A stretch of DNA of 64,000 nt from Octopus bimaculoides (taxonomy: Eukaryota), in assembly GCF_001194135.2 (NCBI RefSeq), contig NC_068981.1, forward strand, positions 153,928,744 through 153,992,743, given 5' to 3'. The position numbers were made by a program, and so were the translations under genes. This document shows, one piece after another, positions 52,141 to 64,000 of this stretch. Positions within the stretch are counted from its first letter, which is position 1. Every line of letters begins with the position of its first letter. The notes beneath the pieces are model-generated. The model had not been told where the DNA came from. It did not search any database and worked only from the letters and a program-made list of their open reading frames with translations.

Positions 52141-52769
52141 TATATGAGTCTAGTGCTTTCTTAATTTTCTTGTTTCACAGTATCTTACTGAAACATATTC
52201 ATTTGTCACAATTTAATTACAAAGAAACACCAAAAGAAAAAAAGGTGGGAGAGGATTAAGCAGTAGAAGATGGAGAAGGAGGGAGCTACGGGCCACACAC
52301 CCCAGAATAAATGGCATGTTCATGACTGCCATGGTGTTGCTGCGGAGAATGGTCCATGACAGTTGCTGCAGTAGTCACTACACATTGTGGGGCTCATTTC
52401 TGAGCCCCACAACAGCTGTTATCCTGTTTTTGTGGAGGAAAATGTTAGTGTGGAGTTCAAGAAAACCTGAAGTCTCAATAGTGACCAGCAGAAATTGATA
52501 GCAGCTGGTCAGACTCCTCTGTTTAATTTTCTCTCCACTGCATTACAGATGGTGATACCTGGGTTTGCAGTCAATGCAGCAAGGTTTTGTTGTTTATCTT
52601 TTATCAAATTTATTTCAGATTTTATGAAGGGCTAAGCTTATATTTGTCCATGGTGTTATCCCACACCGGCAGGAACCATTCAATTTTGTGTGTAAATACC
52701 ACTTTATGTTACCTGTCTTTGTAATGTCAACCTTATTTAATGCCCCTGTTTAAGTAAAATATGTAAGTT

Positions 52770-53700
52770 GGTAGAATTGTTTACTGCTCTGGACAAAATG
52801 CATTGCTGCATTTCTTGTAGCTTTACATTCTGAGTTCAAATTTCACCCAGGTGCCTTTCATCCTTTAGTGGGTTGATAAAATAAGTACCACTTGTCCACA
52901 GGGGGAAATATAATCAGCTAGCCCCCTTCCTCAAAGTTTTAGGCCTTGTACTTGTAAAAGAAAGGATTGTCATTATGAAGGTGACAAGCTGGCAGAATCA
53001 TTAGTATGTCAAAGTGCTTAGTGGCATTTCTTTGTTTTTTTTTTTACATGTTGGGATCAAATACTGTTGAGGTCAACGTTGTCTTTAATCTTTTTGGGGC
53101 CAGTAACATAAAATGCTAGTCAAGTACAGGGGATGGATGTGATCAACTACTCCCTCTTCTCTTAAAACATCTGGTAATGTGCCAGAATTTGGAAGAATTG
53201 TTATTAATGGAGTGAGCTGGCAGTATCATTAAGCACATCAGACAAAATGCTCAGTGACATTTTTTTCTAGCTCTTTACATTTTGAGTTCAACTACCACCA
53301 CAGTCAACTTTGCCATTCATCCTTTTAGGGTTACTAAAGTTCCAGTCATGTACTGGGGTCATTATAATCAGCTAACTCCATTTAGAAAGAATTGTTGTTG
53401 TTGCTGTTGTTACAAGGGTGGTGACTTGTCAGAATTGTTAGCCTTGCAGTACTTTTACTGACCCTTTACTTCTTGGGTTCAAATCTAGCCAAGGTCAACT
53501 TTGCTTTGTATCCCTCTGGGGTTGAAATTGATTTGACTCATCCTTCTCCTCAAATTTCAGACCATTTGCCTATTCTAGCAACAATATCTTTGCGTTCCAA
53601 GTTCATTTCTTGTTGCAATTGACTTTGCTTTTTATCTTTGTAAGGTTGATAAAATACTAAATAACTACATACCAAATACTGAGATTGATATATTTAATTA
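52770..53700 (+). repeat. Head-to-tail array of five degenerate family C SINEs
   Basis: Repeated gctggcagaat...gagttcaaat...gtcaactttgc...gttgataaa units. A better-preserved copy lies at 38873-39085 and an inverted one at about 38690-38850. Confidence 0.7.
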
Positions 53701-53889
53701 TACAGGAAACAGGTGAAGGTTGGTAACTGGCAGGGCATCCAACCATTGAAAATCTTCCTCCACAAATTCTGTCTAACCCATGCAAGCATGGAAAAGTGGG
53801 CATTAAATGGTGATTACTAGAAATTATTATCTTGCAGAGAATATAAAGTGTTGCAAAACGCTGATAAGAGCAACTGAGATGTAATTAGC

Positions 53890-54640
53890 AATAACTTGTG
53901 TGACAAGAAAACCATCTGGTTTCATTATGCAGTATGAAATTTATGGCTGCATAACAGACTTGTATGATCATGTCTCTTGCAACAGCTGGGAACATTCCTG
54001 GCTGTGTGAGCCAGAATGTAGCACTATTGTAAGATAAAAAGTATACAAGTGGATTGTTGGTGATAATTTCTATTCCATAGCTTTGTTGGATGCAGTGTTT
54101 AAGATTTTCACCAAATTTCTAGCAAAGAGATTAACACTTGTTTGTACGGAGGTTGGAAAAGTGTAGAACAACATGATCCTAAACATGTCTAACCATGACA
54201 CCTTCTAACTCATGTGTAACATTATAGAGAAGGAAAGTAACAAAACCTAGCTTCAGTGGGACTCTGATTAATTTGGATCAATCAAAAATCTTTCAGTGTG
54301 GTTCATCATCATCACTACTTGATAGCTGTCCTCAAAGCAGCCTGTATCAGTCCTGTTTTCAGAAGCTGGATTAAACAGGCAGACTGAACCTCTTATTCAA
54401 TCTGTCAAGTGTGTCCTCATCTTTTTTCTTTGTATGTGCTATAAATCTCAAGCTATTGCTGCAGAATCTGAGGTCCTTGTTATTCAAACTGAGACATGAG
54501 GAAAAGTGTTTTGGCATACACAGACAAGGTTACCAAAATGGTGTTGGGTGCTATGGATGTGAAGGTAGTCAGCACCATACTGAAAGGATACAAAGTATTA
54601 ATGGGGGAAATAAATATATGGAGTCATTTCCGTATGTATT
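53890..54640 (+). mobile_element. L1/Tx1-clade LINE RT relic
   Basis: GNIPGCVSQNVALL*DKK, NFYSIALLDAVFKIFTKFLAKRL, LINLDQSK, YLIAVLKAACISPVFRSWI. Confidence 0.65.
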
Positions 54641-54947
54641 TAGTCTTGCTGTGAAATTAATTCAATCAACTACTCTTTTGTGAAAGCGTGTGGCCTAGTG
54701 GTTAGGCTGTTGCACTCATGATCACTAGACCATGGGTTCAGTTGCCAGACATTGTGGTCTTGAGCAAACCACGTCGAATTGCTCTACTCCCCTTTTTGAT
54801 CAGAGGAGAATGTTGGCCTGCTTGCCTAACCCATGGGGTGGTGTCATTTGAAGGCTAAATCAATGCAAAAGTGCATGTATATCAAAAGAAGTTTTTTTTT
54901 TAAAAATCAGTTATCTATTTCTCTGTTTCATTTACAGGCTGTGAAAA

Positions 54948-55179
54948 ATGAATAAAGAACTTTTCAACCAACTGGCTGCTCGTGTGGCTGGCATTAAACA
55001 CTTGAAGGTTAATTCCCATTTGAAAATAACTGTATTTGGTGTATCCCTTGGAGTTGCACTTATAGGATTGCTCACATTGCTATTACGGAAAAAGGAAAAG
55101 AAGAAAAGACCCTTAGATCGGCGGAGTACTCAAACAAAAATAGCACGTTCAAGAACTGCTCTAACTGGTACAAATGGAG
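54948..55179 (+). CDS. MIGA: Mitoguardin (MIGA/FAM73) ortholog, first coding exon (N-terminal signal-anchor)
   Basis: Acceptor tttacag at 54931-54937, in-frame TGA at 54942 just before ATG 54948. Encodes MNKELFNQLAARVAGIKHLKVNSHLKITVFGVSLGVALIGLLTLLLRKKEKKKR...TGTNG: a hydrophobic TM followed by a basic cluster, as in MIGA. Donor G|GTAATC after 55179 (phase 1). Confidence 0.8.
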
Positions 55180-55320
55180 GTAATCTTTATATATATATAT
55201 TGGTTTGATTTTTTTGTTATGTTACATTGAGAGGGATCAATTTGTAACTTATTTTCTAAGAGTGAAAATTTTCTACTTTTACAAATTTATATATTAACCC
55301 TTTTTATGGAGAATCATTTT

Positions 55321-55617
55321 CATATTAACCTGGTGCTTGAACATAAATTAACATGAAATTTTGATGGAAAGTTTTAAATCAAGATCACTTCAAAGCAAGA
55401 AGTTTGCATCATAGAAACAGGAGTAGTATCATTGTCATTGTCTTTATCATTTGATGTTGCCAGTTCTTGTCAAACTGTCCAACCCATGCCAGCATGGAGA
55501 ACAGATGTTAAATAATGATGGTGATTATACTGCTCTTAGTTCAACCTTCTTACTATGAAGTGATCTTGATTTAAAATCTTCCATCAAAATTTCATGTTCA
55601 AACACCAGGTTTATATG
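55321..55617. repeat. Inverted repeat (~65-bp arms) in the first intron after the MIGA start exon
   Basis: 55321-55392 is the reverse complement of 55556-55617 apart from a 10-nt indel. An RTE tail fragment lies between the arms. Confidence 0.75.
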
Positions 55618-56108
55618 AAAGGTATTTTACTAAATTCTTGATTATTTTCAAAATTAATTAAAACAAAAGTACCACAGAAATGTGGTAGCAAAAGTGTTGA
55701 ACAGTTTGTTTTCCACAAGGAAAAAAAAAATCTAACATTTTGGGCGAGTTTCTTTGCCAGAGAAATATTAAATGTACATTTTATCTTTCTCCAAGAAAGA
55801 TCCCTGCCTCACACCATATTATCCTTTTGTACTTATTATTTGCTGATGCAGACCATCACTATTTTTCTTGAATTCTACTGTTTCACCTTTTTCTTTTCTC
55901 AAACAACCCCATAAATGGATAGACTACCTTGAGATCCCCGCCAAGGTCAGCTTTGTCTTTTGCCCTTTCAGGATTGATTTAAAAAAAAAAGGTACCAATC
56001 CAGTGAGGTGGATTGGTGGAACTATAAGAATGTCAGATCAGATGCCTTGCACTATTTGTTCTAGCTTTTTGCATTCTGAGTAAAATTATACCTTTGTGCC
56101 TTGGAAAG

Positions 56109-56141
56109 TACCCTCACCGACCTGCAGACCTAGACAGATAA
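56109..56141 (+). CDS. Possible 33-nt frame-preserving MIGA microexon
   Basis: Weak aag acceptor, good A|GTAAGG donor, phase 1-1, would add VPSPTCRPRQI. Splice-site inference only. Confidence 0.25.
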   Translation, partial: YPHRPADLDR

Positions 56142-56499
56142 GTAAGGCAAATCCTAGAAACAAATGGCAGCACCAAATATATATTATAATTGTTAAGAAT
56201 AGTATGTAGATTTAAGATTCTTTTATGAAGTTTTCTTAAATTTATGTTGAGCTAATATTATGTGTTGTAGCCTGTGATGGTGCATTATTAACAGTTGTTT
56301 TTTTATTTTGATGGAGCAAAAAGGATTTAAATATTTTCGATTTCAGGAAGGACCTAATAAAGAAGTGTTAATAAGACTTTTACAACCATTATCAGATGTA
56401 ATTGTTTGCAAAAGAATGTGAAGCCAACTTTAATCAATTATTTTCTTATTTGCTCATTTTTAAGGCCATTTTTTGCATTGTTTTTATAGTTATTGTATA

Positions 56500-56895
56500 A
56501 TCATCATCATCATCATCTAACCCATGCTGGCATGGGTTAGATGATTTGACTGGAGTTGATGAGCTGGAGAACTGCACCAGGTTCTGTGGTTGGCACCATG
56601 TAGGCATGCTTTCCATAGCTGGATGCCCTTCCTAACGCCAACCACTCCAGGAGTGTAATGGGTGCTTTTACATGCCTCCAGCATGGGTGCCATTTACATG
56701 ACACCAGCAACAACTGTGACTGCGATTCACAGGTACCATTTACATGGCACTGGCAATGCTCGTGACTACGATGCACAGGTGCCATTTACATGACACCAGC
56801 AATGACTACAACTGCGATTCACAGGTGCCATTTACATGGCACCATCAATGACCATGACTCACACGAGCCATTTACATGGCACTGCCAATGACCAC
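56500..56895 (-). mobile_element. RTE 3'-tail copy with five ~45-bp tandem modules
   Basis: Repeats of gtgccatttacatg(a/g)cac(c/t)..caa(t/c) at 56685-56895. Confidence 0.7.
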
Positions 56896-56973
56896 TGTGT
56901 GGCACTTGGGAAAGTGTCTTCTACTATAGCCTTGTGAGTGGATTTGGTAGACAGAAACTGAAAGAAGCCTGTC

Positions 56974-57005
<32 letters not shown>

Positions 57006-57377
57006 GTATGTCTGTGTCTGTGTTTGTCCCCCCACAATGATGATTATATATACATATATAATGTAGTTAGGATTAGGCATGTGTGTGAAGTTAAAAAGTT
57101 TATTTCACAGTTATATTGTTTGTTGTCAAAATATTACATATTTTCCCATAGTGATCACACCTTTTGTTGACTATTAATGCCTACTACCTAACCTGAGTAT
57201 TTGCACACAGAATATACCTGTTGTGTGTGAGTTCGAATGTGTGTGTGTATTTTTGATTAGTGGAGTTTACAGAGTGATTCAAGGGCCAAGTGTTACATGC
57301 ATTGATACTTATCAAACTCTGATAAGTGTCAATGCACCAAACTCTGTAACTTACGCAGATTAAATGAAACATATATG

Positions 57378-57494
<117 letters not shown>

Positions 57495-57967
57495 TTTGAG
57501 TTCTACTTACCTGTCTGTATCACAAAATCTAGGTATGTTTGTGTGTGTGAAGACAGTTTCAAAAGACTTTATGCAAACCACCTATCTTCTTTCTGGCAAT
57601 TGACAAAAGTAAAGCCACTAAGTTGGTTAGCCACATATAGGGTTTGCAGACCAATTGCACAACACATGCAATCAAGTGAAAAATCATAGAAAAATTCATA
57701 TTAACGGATCTAAGAAATGCAGTTTATATGTAACTAAATGATTGCATACTCTTTTTAGATCTAAGAATCCCACCATGTTACTGAATTCCAGATCTGAAAT
57801 TTTCTGCAAATGCAAACTTGTGGACAAATTTCTTTAGGTGAACTGGAAGTCATCACTCTTTCTGGATTGAGCAGCTATCTCCATTGAATAATTCTAAAAC
57901 TAGCACTAATTTTTCTTTTTCCATTTTTATTCACCCTTCTACTTTTTGCAGCTTCTTTCCTACACAT

Positions 57968-58160
57968 ATCATCATCATCATCATCATTTAATGTCCGCTT
58001 TCCATGCTAGCATGGGTTGGACGATTTGACTGAGGACTGGTGCAACCGGATGGCTACACCAGGCTCCAATCTAATTTGGCAGAGTTTCTACAGCTGGATG
58101 CCCTTCCTAACGCCAACCACTCAGAGAGTGTAGTGGGTGCTTTTACGTGTCACCCGCACA
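57968..58160 (-). mobile_element. Young RTE 3'-tail copy ending about 47 nt upstream of the MIGA exon acceptor
   Basis: Reverse complement of about 62985-63165, with roughly five mismatches by eye. Confidence 0.85.
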
Positions 58161-58207
58161 TATATATATAAATTAATGACCATTTTGAAATATATTTATT
58201 TTAACAG

Positions 58208-58378
58208 ATGTTGCCTGGTCTAAGAATTGTTCAAGTCCCACTTCAAGTCGCTCATTTGTGAGAAATAAAGCTTTGTCTGTGTCTAATTCTAACTCAAGCT
58301 TGGCCTCATCAACATCAACACTGACTCATTCTGTTGTAGAAACAACAGAATTTACAGCTGCACAACTCTGCCAGCTAG
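58208..58378 (+). CDS. MIGA: MIGA coding exon (Ser-rich linker)
   Basis: ttttaacag acceptor, G|GTAAGT donor, 171 nt, phase 1-1, open: (D)VAWSKNCSSPTSSRSFVRNKALSVSNSNSSLASSTSTLTHSVVETTEFTAAQLCQL(G). Joins both neighbouring exons in frame. Confidence 0.8.
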
Positions 58379-58964
58379 GTAAGTAACATTGTATTGTCAG
58401 AGATTATGGAAGTGTAGTAGATAAGTCATGTCTGGGTTTCACTGTTTTTTTCATTGCTGTGTAAAACATATAAGGATTGGAGGCTTCTACTATTAATTTG
58501 CAACAGGCACAATGTCTCTCAAAATTGATTATACTTGGGTCTGCTCTTTCTAACAGGAATACTGTGGTATTGTAGTTTATACTCTCATACACCCTTAAGT
58601 GCCAACAGCATTATGGTTCTTTTTGAAATTCTCAACTATGGTCTCTTGCATAAAGAAGCCTGTTTGACACCAGTATCAGTCGATCATATTGATAACAACA
58701 CTTGATTGGTATTTAGTTTATCTGCTTTGGAAGGATAAAAAGCAGATTAGATTCTTAAAAGCTAAGAAAAGTACTTCAAAGTATTTTGTCTGATGCATTA
58801 CTTATTCTTCTAATCTACTGCTTTGGAAGCTTTCAAACTGAATAATTAATCACCATAAATTTGTGAGCAGTTCCTGCTTATCAACAACCATCATTTTCTG
58901 TCACAACCCAGCTCAAGACCTATTAAGTGAATACTGATGCTTTTACCAAAAGAACTGAGTGAAA

Positions 58965-59005
58965 TGAAATGAAATGAAATGAAATGAAATGAAATGAAAT
59001 GAAAT
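58965..59005. repeat. (GAAAT)n pentamer tract
   Basis: About eight perfect gaaat units. Confidence 0.95.
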
Positions 59006-60299
59006 GGTCCAAAAGAGCATTAAGTGAAGTAAAATCATTCCTGTTGAAGTGAAACTGTTCCAGTTGGGATTCAAAACCAAATTTATGTGATAGATCCAAT
59101 GTCATCCTCGACAGAATTAACTCATATCTGAGCAGTTAATCTGTAGTGAGTGATTGAGCCTCTTCATCCTGATGGGTGCGAAGGGTGCCAGTGCATGAGA
59201 TAGCTCTTCAGGCCAAGGGTGGTGTAGAAGAGCTGGGGCCATTTATCGCAGGGGATGCCTAATGTTTAGCCCACTTTAATACCACCACTTGGTTCTTGAG
59301 TATCTTTTAGCAGATTTCAATCTGTTACAAACAATCAGATAAAGTCTGAGAATTACTTGATATCTGCATGTATTACTTCATATTTCAGCAATCCTTGAGT
59401 CACACTTTCTTCCTACCTTTTCCCCACCAGTCTTGGAGGCACTGCAAAAAGATCATGGCTGCTTCCACTTCAAGTTACTTGCTATATTCTGCAGTAACAA
59501 ACAACAAGGATTGCCTTTGGTTCTTTTTGTGACATTTTAGTAGCAGTGCTGTCATTATTTATAACTGGTTTCTGTGATTAAACAAACTTAATGAACATAA
59601 TTACATGCCCTGTTTGATATACGTCTTATAAATACTATGGTATGTAGTTCAGGGAAGTAAAATAGCTGTATTGATACAGTGCTAACAGTTCATAGATTTT
59701 GCATTCATCATAGGAAATTTATTATAAATATACTTGATATACTTAATTATATGTACTTCAGTAGAACTAATTTTTGGAAACAGTAACCAGATGTTATAGA
59801 AATATTACCTGTGATAAACCATCCTTTCCAGGAGATATTATTTTCATCTTTTTAGCACAATGGCCTCACCTTGTAAGCCTTTGCAGTTAGTGACAGTTGC
59901 TTACTAGAAGAAATGTAAGAGAAGTACAGTAATAAAACATAAATGATTGATCTAGTAAAATTATATTTATCTCAGTGAAATTAATGATCTTGTTTTTTTT
60001 TTATTTTTATGTTTAATTGAAAGCCTAATTTATTTCGTTTCTCATTGTATTCTTGATGAAATATTTACAATATTTTTTTTTCCAATTAGACAATCAGCTA
60101 AAGAAATCACTTGTAACTATATCTTCTATTGATATTTTTAAAGTTCTTCTCTTCATTATGGCACTTTCTTGACTACTCTTTCAATCTTACTATATATTAC
60201 CTAATTTCTAAGAGTTGTTTGATGTTATTTATCTGCATATCTTCTTTATTTGTCTAGCTTCATTGGTTCAAATACTTGTTTAAATATTTCTTTTTACAG

Positions 60300-60400
60300 G
60301 GCTAGAAAATTTAGACATGGCAATTTCACACTGGGAAGATGCTTTAGCTAAACTTTCCTATCTAGATGCTGAAGATACTTTGGACCAATTAGCTATTCCG
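60300..60400 (+). CDS. MIGA: MIGA coding exon (conserved G..E.....I..WE.AL helix)
   Basis: tttttacag acceptor, CCG|GTATGT donor. Encodes (G)LENLDMAISHWEDALAKLSYLDAEDTLDQLAIP, matching the MIGA motif as recalled (human GMELFEEALQKWEQAL). No further exon recognised before 64000. Confidence 0.85.
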
Positions 60401-61679
60401 GTATGTTTAAACAATTGCAGTAATGTTCTCATACTTAAGAAAATGAAAAAAAATAGTTATGTCCTTAAAGTTTAATGATCAACATTTTATTCAGATGGTT
60501 TACACCTACAGTATTTATTGAGTTGAACGCTTATTTGGTTTAGTTCTCCGTATGAAATATATTGATTAATAGATGTAGGCAAGGATGTGTGGTAAGTAGT
60601 TTGCTTTTCAGCCTTATAGTTCTGGGTTCAACCCCTCTGTGTGACACCTTGGGTAAATGTCTTCTCCTTTAGCCCCAGGCAAACCAAAACCTTGTGAGTG
60701 GATTAGCTAGACAGAAACTGAAAGAAGTGTGTTTGTGTGTGTGCTATTGTCTCCTTGCCTTGACATCATCTGATAGTTGTAAACAAGTGTCACCATCATC
60801 CAAGTGGTGTCTTTGTTCTCATTATTCATATCATATCTAAATACTACAAGGCATTTTGTTAGTCACTCTGTTATAATTTAGTTTTTACTTTTTGCACTAT
60901 GATAATTGTGGAAAGTAAATATTTTGTCTTAGATAAATCAATTGAAATATATCAACAAAATCTGTTGGCAGTTGTTGATGTGGGCTACTTAAATGTTATT
61001 TATTCCATATTTTCAGCTTCATTTGAAAAAAATGCATTACAATTTTTCAAAGGATTATCAAATAACAGAAATGTGATAGTTGTTGTTTAGCACTAAGTCT
61101 GTCCTAATGGAGCAGACATCTGATCAAAGTCCTCCTATTTCAGACAGTGTATATCTAGGATTACTTTATCCAATATGTTTTTGAGTTAGTAAGAGTGTGT
61201 TTAGGAGGAGATTTGGTTGCTATTTTTAGCAAATGATGCACCATGGCATACTAGCTTTCCAAGAGATGTGACAAGGTGCAGTGTGAAAATAATAAAATTA
61301 AGTTTAAAAAATATGCAAAATGCAAACTGAAATTCTATATATAAAATCTTGATAATCGTAATTTGCTTACAAGAATTAAGTAGTTAGTACTTCATAATTT
61401 TCTGTTAAATATTTTATTTATATTTATATGCTAAAATATATAAATACTCTCTTTTTAATACATTCGTGATTTATTGTATGTGGCAAAGTATTCTTGTATA
61501 CTCTAAAAATGTGTTGCAAGTAGAATGTAAAACATTTTGGAACCACTGATTTAGAAGCTCCCACATTGGCTCATGGTATTTATATATCAATAAATGTTTG
61601 TTTAATGTAGTGATTATCAATTGGGGGCAGATGTTCAGGTGCAATAAAGACTGTAAACAAACAGGAAACAACTTCTATC

Positions 61680-63168
61680 TCATTCCAGGGTGAAAAACTA
61701 GAGGTAGTCGATAGCTTCCGCTATCTGGGCGACCAAGTTAGTAGTGGGGGTGGGTGCGCTGAAAGTGTAGCTGCTAGAATAAGAATAGCCTGGGCAAAGT
61801 TTAGAGAGCTCTTACCCCTGCTGGCGACAAAGGGACTCTCACTCAGAGTAAAAGGCAGACTGTATGACGCATGCGTATGAACAGCCATGCTACATGGCAG
61901 TGAAACATGGGCTGTAACTGCTGAGGACATACGTAAGCTCGCAAGGAATGAAGCCAGTATGCTCCGTNNNNNNNNNNNNNNNNNNNNNNNNNNNNNNNNN
62001 NNNNNNNNNNNNNNNNNNNNNNNNNNNNNNNNNNNNNNNNNNNNNNNNNNNNNNNNNNNNNNNNNNNNNNNNNNNNNNNNNNNNNNNNNNNNNNNNNNNN
62101 NNNNNNNNNNNNNNNNNNNNNNNNNNNNNNNNNNNNNNNNNNNNNNNNNNNNNNNNNNNNNNNNNNNNNNNNNNNNNNNNNNNNNNNNNNNNNNNNNNNN
62201 NNNNNNNNNNNNNNNNNNNNNNNNNNNNNNNNNNNNNNNNNNNNNNNNNNNNNNNNNNNNNNNNNNNNNNNNNNNNNNNNNNNNNNNNNNNNNNNNNNNN
62301 NNNNNNNNNNNNNNNNNNNNNNNNNNNNNNNNNNNNNNNNNNNNNNNNNNNNNNNNNNNNNNNNNNNNNNNNNNNNNNNNNNNNNNNNNNNNNNNNNNNN
62401 NNNNNNNNNNNNNNNNNNNNNNNNNNNNNNNNNNNNNNNNNNNNNNNNNNNNNNNNNNNNNNNNNNNNNNNNNNNNNNNNNNNNNNNNNNNNNNNNNNNN
62501 NNNNNNNNNNNNNNNNNNNNNNNNNNNNNNNNNNNNNNNNNNNNNNNNNNNNNNNNNNNNNNNNNNNNNNNNNNNNNNNNNNNNNNNNNNNNNNNNNNNN
62601 NNNNNNNNNNNNNNNNNNNNNNNNNNNNNNNNNNNNNNNNNNNNNNNNNNNNNNNNNNNNNNNNNNNNNNNNNNNNNNNNNNNNNNNNNNNNNNNNNNNN
62701 NNNNNNNNNNNNNNNNNNNNNNNNNNNNNNNNNNNNNNNNNNNNNNNNNNNNNNNNNNNNNNNNNNNNNNNNNNNNNNNNNNNTAATAGTATATAATTAT
62801 AAAAATATAATAGGATTTTGTGCCTAGCATCGCCTTTCTGGCACTTGTGCCCGCGGCATGTGTAAGGACTTTCGAGTGAGATCGTTGCCAGTGCCCCTGG
62901 ACTGGCTCTTGTGCGGGTGGCACATAAAATACACCATTTTGAGCGTGGCCCTTGCCAGTACCGCCTGACTGGCCTTCGTGTCGGTGGCACGTAAAAAGCA
63001 CCCACTACACTCTCTGAGTGGTTGGCGTTAGGAAGGGCATCCAGCTGTAGAAACTCTGCCAAATCAGATTGGAGCCTGGTGTAGCCATCTGGTTTCACCA
63101 GTCCTCAGTCAAATCGTCCAACCCATGCTAGCATGGAAAGCGGACGTTAAACGATGATGATGATGAGG
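61680..63168 (+). mobile_element. Young 5'-truncated RTE LINE in a MIGA intron (interrupted by an assembly gap)
   Basis: KLEVVDSFRYLGDQV...ARIRIAWAKFRELLPLL...LHGSETW, then the 3' UTR and (GAT)n tail. CpGs intact. Continuity across the N gap is assumed. Confidence 0.85.
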
Positions 63169-63624
63169 AGGATTTGAGTAAAATAGGAATCAAAGGGATC
63201 CATAGGTAAAAAAAAAAAAATGGTTGAGAAACACTGAGTTAATGTTTTAATGTTAACTTTTAAAATTTAAATGTTGATTGCCTAATAATTTAGAAAGGTC
63301 ATTGATAACAATTGTGAAAGTGCTCTTTTAAACATCTCAGTTTCTGCCAATTTGCCAATTGTTCTTACTATGGTTTCTCTTTAAAGACTGTTCTCTGAGA
63401 ACGGTCTCATTCCATTGCACCCATTTACACTATTACTTTTGGTTTATTCACTTAAGAAAATATACTCACTATTTACAATTATTATATTGGAGGGGAAATA
63501 ATTTTCAGTTGAAGATTAAAATAACTAATCCATTTCAATAATAATATTGGCGTAATGTATTTTTTAAGAAAATATATTTACTGTTCAGAATTATCATAAT
63601 TAGAAAATTTGTGAATGCATGTGG

Positions 63625-63915
63625 TTAAAGTATTCAGCTCACAATCATAAGGTTGTGAGTTCGATTCCTGGTGGCATGTTGTGTCCTTGAGTAAGATGCT
63701 TTACTTCACATTGCTCCAGTCCACTCAGCTTGCAGAAGTGAGTTGTACTTGTAAATCAGAGAGCCAAGCATGTCACACTCTGTGTTATGCTGAATCTTCC
63801 TGAGAACAATGTGAAAGGTATGCATATCTGTGGAGTGCTCAGCCACTCGTACTTTAATTTTCTGAGCAGGCTGTTCCGTTGATCGGATCAACTGGAGCCT
63901 TTGTCATTGTAACCG
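63625..63915 (+). mobile_element. tRNA-derived SINE family B
   Basis: Head gtggtt...gagttcgattcctgg, core cttcacattgctccagtccactcagct. Reverse copies at about 3750-4085 and 47225-47500; a related head at 8871-9090. Confidence 0.75.
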
Positions 63916-64000
63916 AAGGAATGCCACTTTTTTCTTTTTTTTTATTATTTTTTTTTACCTTTGAAAATTCAAATTGAACAACTGTTAATAATAATAATTT

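Noticed and set aside
56347-56397. tttcag acceptor followed by EGPNKEVLIRLLQPLSD as an extra MIGA exon
   Set aside because: In the required phase 1 it hits TAA after three codons.

Overview
AT-rich, gapped animal genomic DNA, most likely an octopus; this is inferred from the SINE/RTE repeat families and microsatellite load, not from a database match. It contains no prokaryotic features and no CRISPR array. The only confidently recognisable host gene is the 5' part of a Mitoguardin (MIGA/FAM73) ortholog on the + strand: three coding exons at 54948-55179, 58208-58378 and 60300-60400 join in frame across GT-AG introns, and the gene continues beyond the window. The rest is mostly a layered transposon graveyard. 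DNA transposons include Tc1/mariner elements of three families (a near-complete DD36E Incomer-like Tc1, DD37D maT-like and DD41D rosa-like copies), an 875-bp foldback built from two mariner right ends, Merlin (IS1595-like) relics, and piggyBac-type and hAT-type MITEs. Retroelements include RTE, R4/Dong and L1/Tx1 LINE relics, a degenerate Penelope-type hammerhead ribozyme, and several tRNA-derived SINE families. CpG content is mosaic: retained at about 4.5-7.4 kb and 31.7-39.3 kb and depleted elsewhere, suggesting methylated gene bodies separated by unmethylated promoter or intergenic blocks. The best leads are the DD36E element, a near-identical inverted repeat pair bracketing two MIGA exons (a circRNA/ADAR geometry), the mariner foldback, the hammerhead relic and the Merlin relics. 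All alignments and translations were done by eye.
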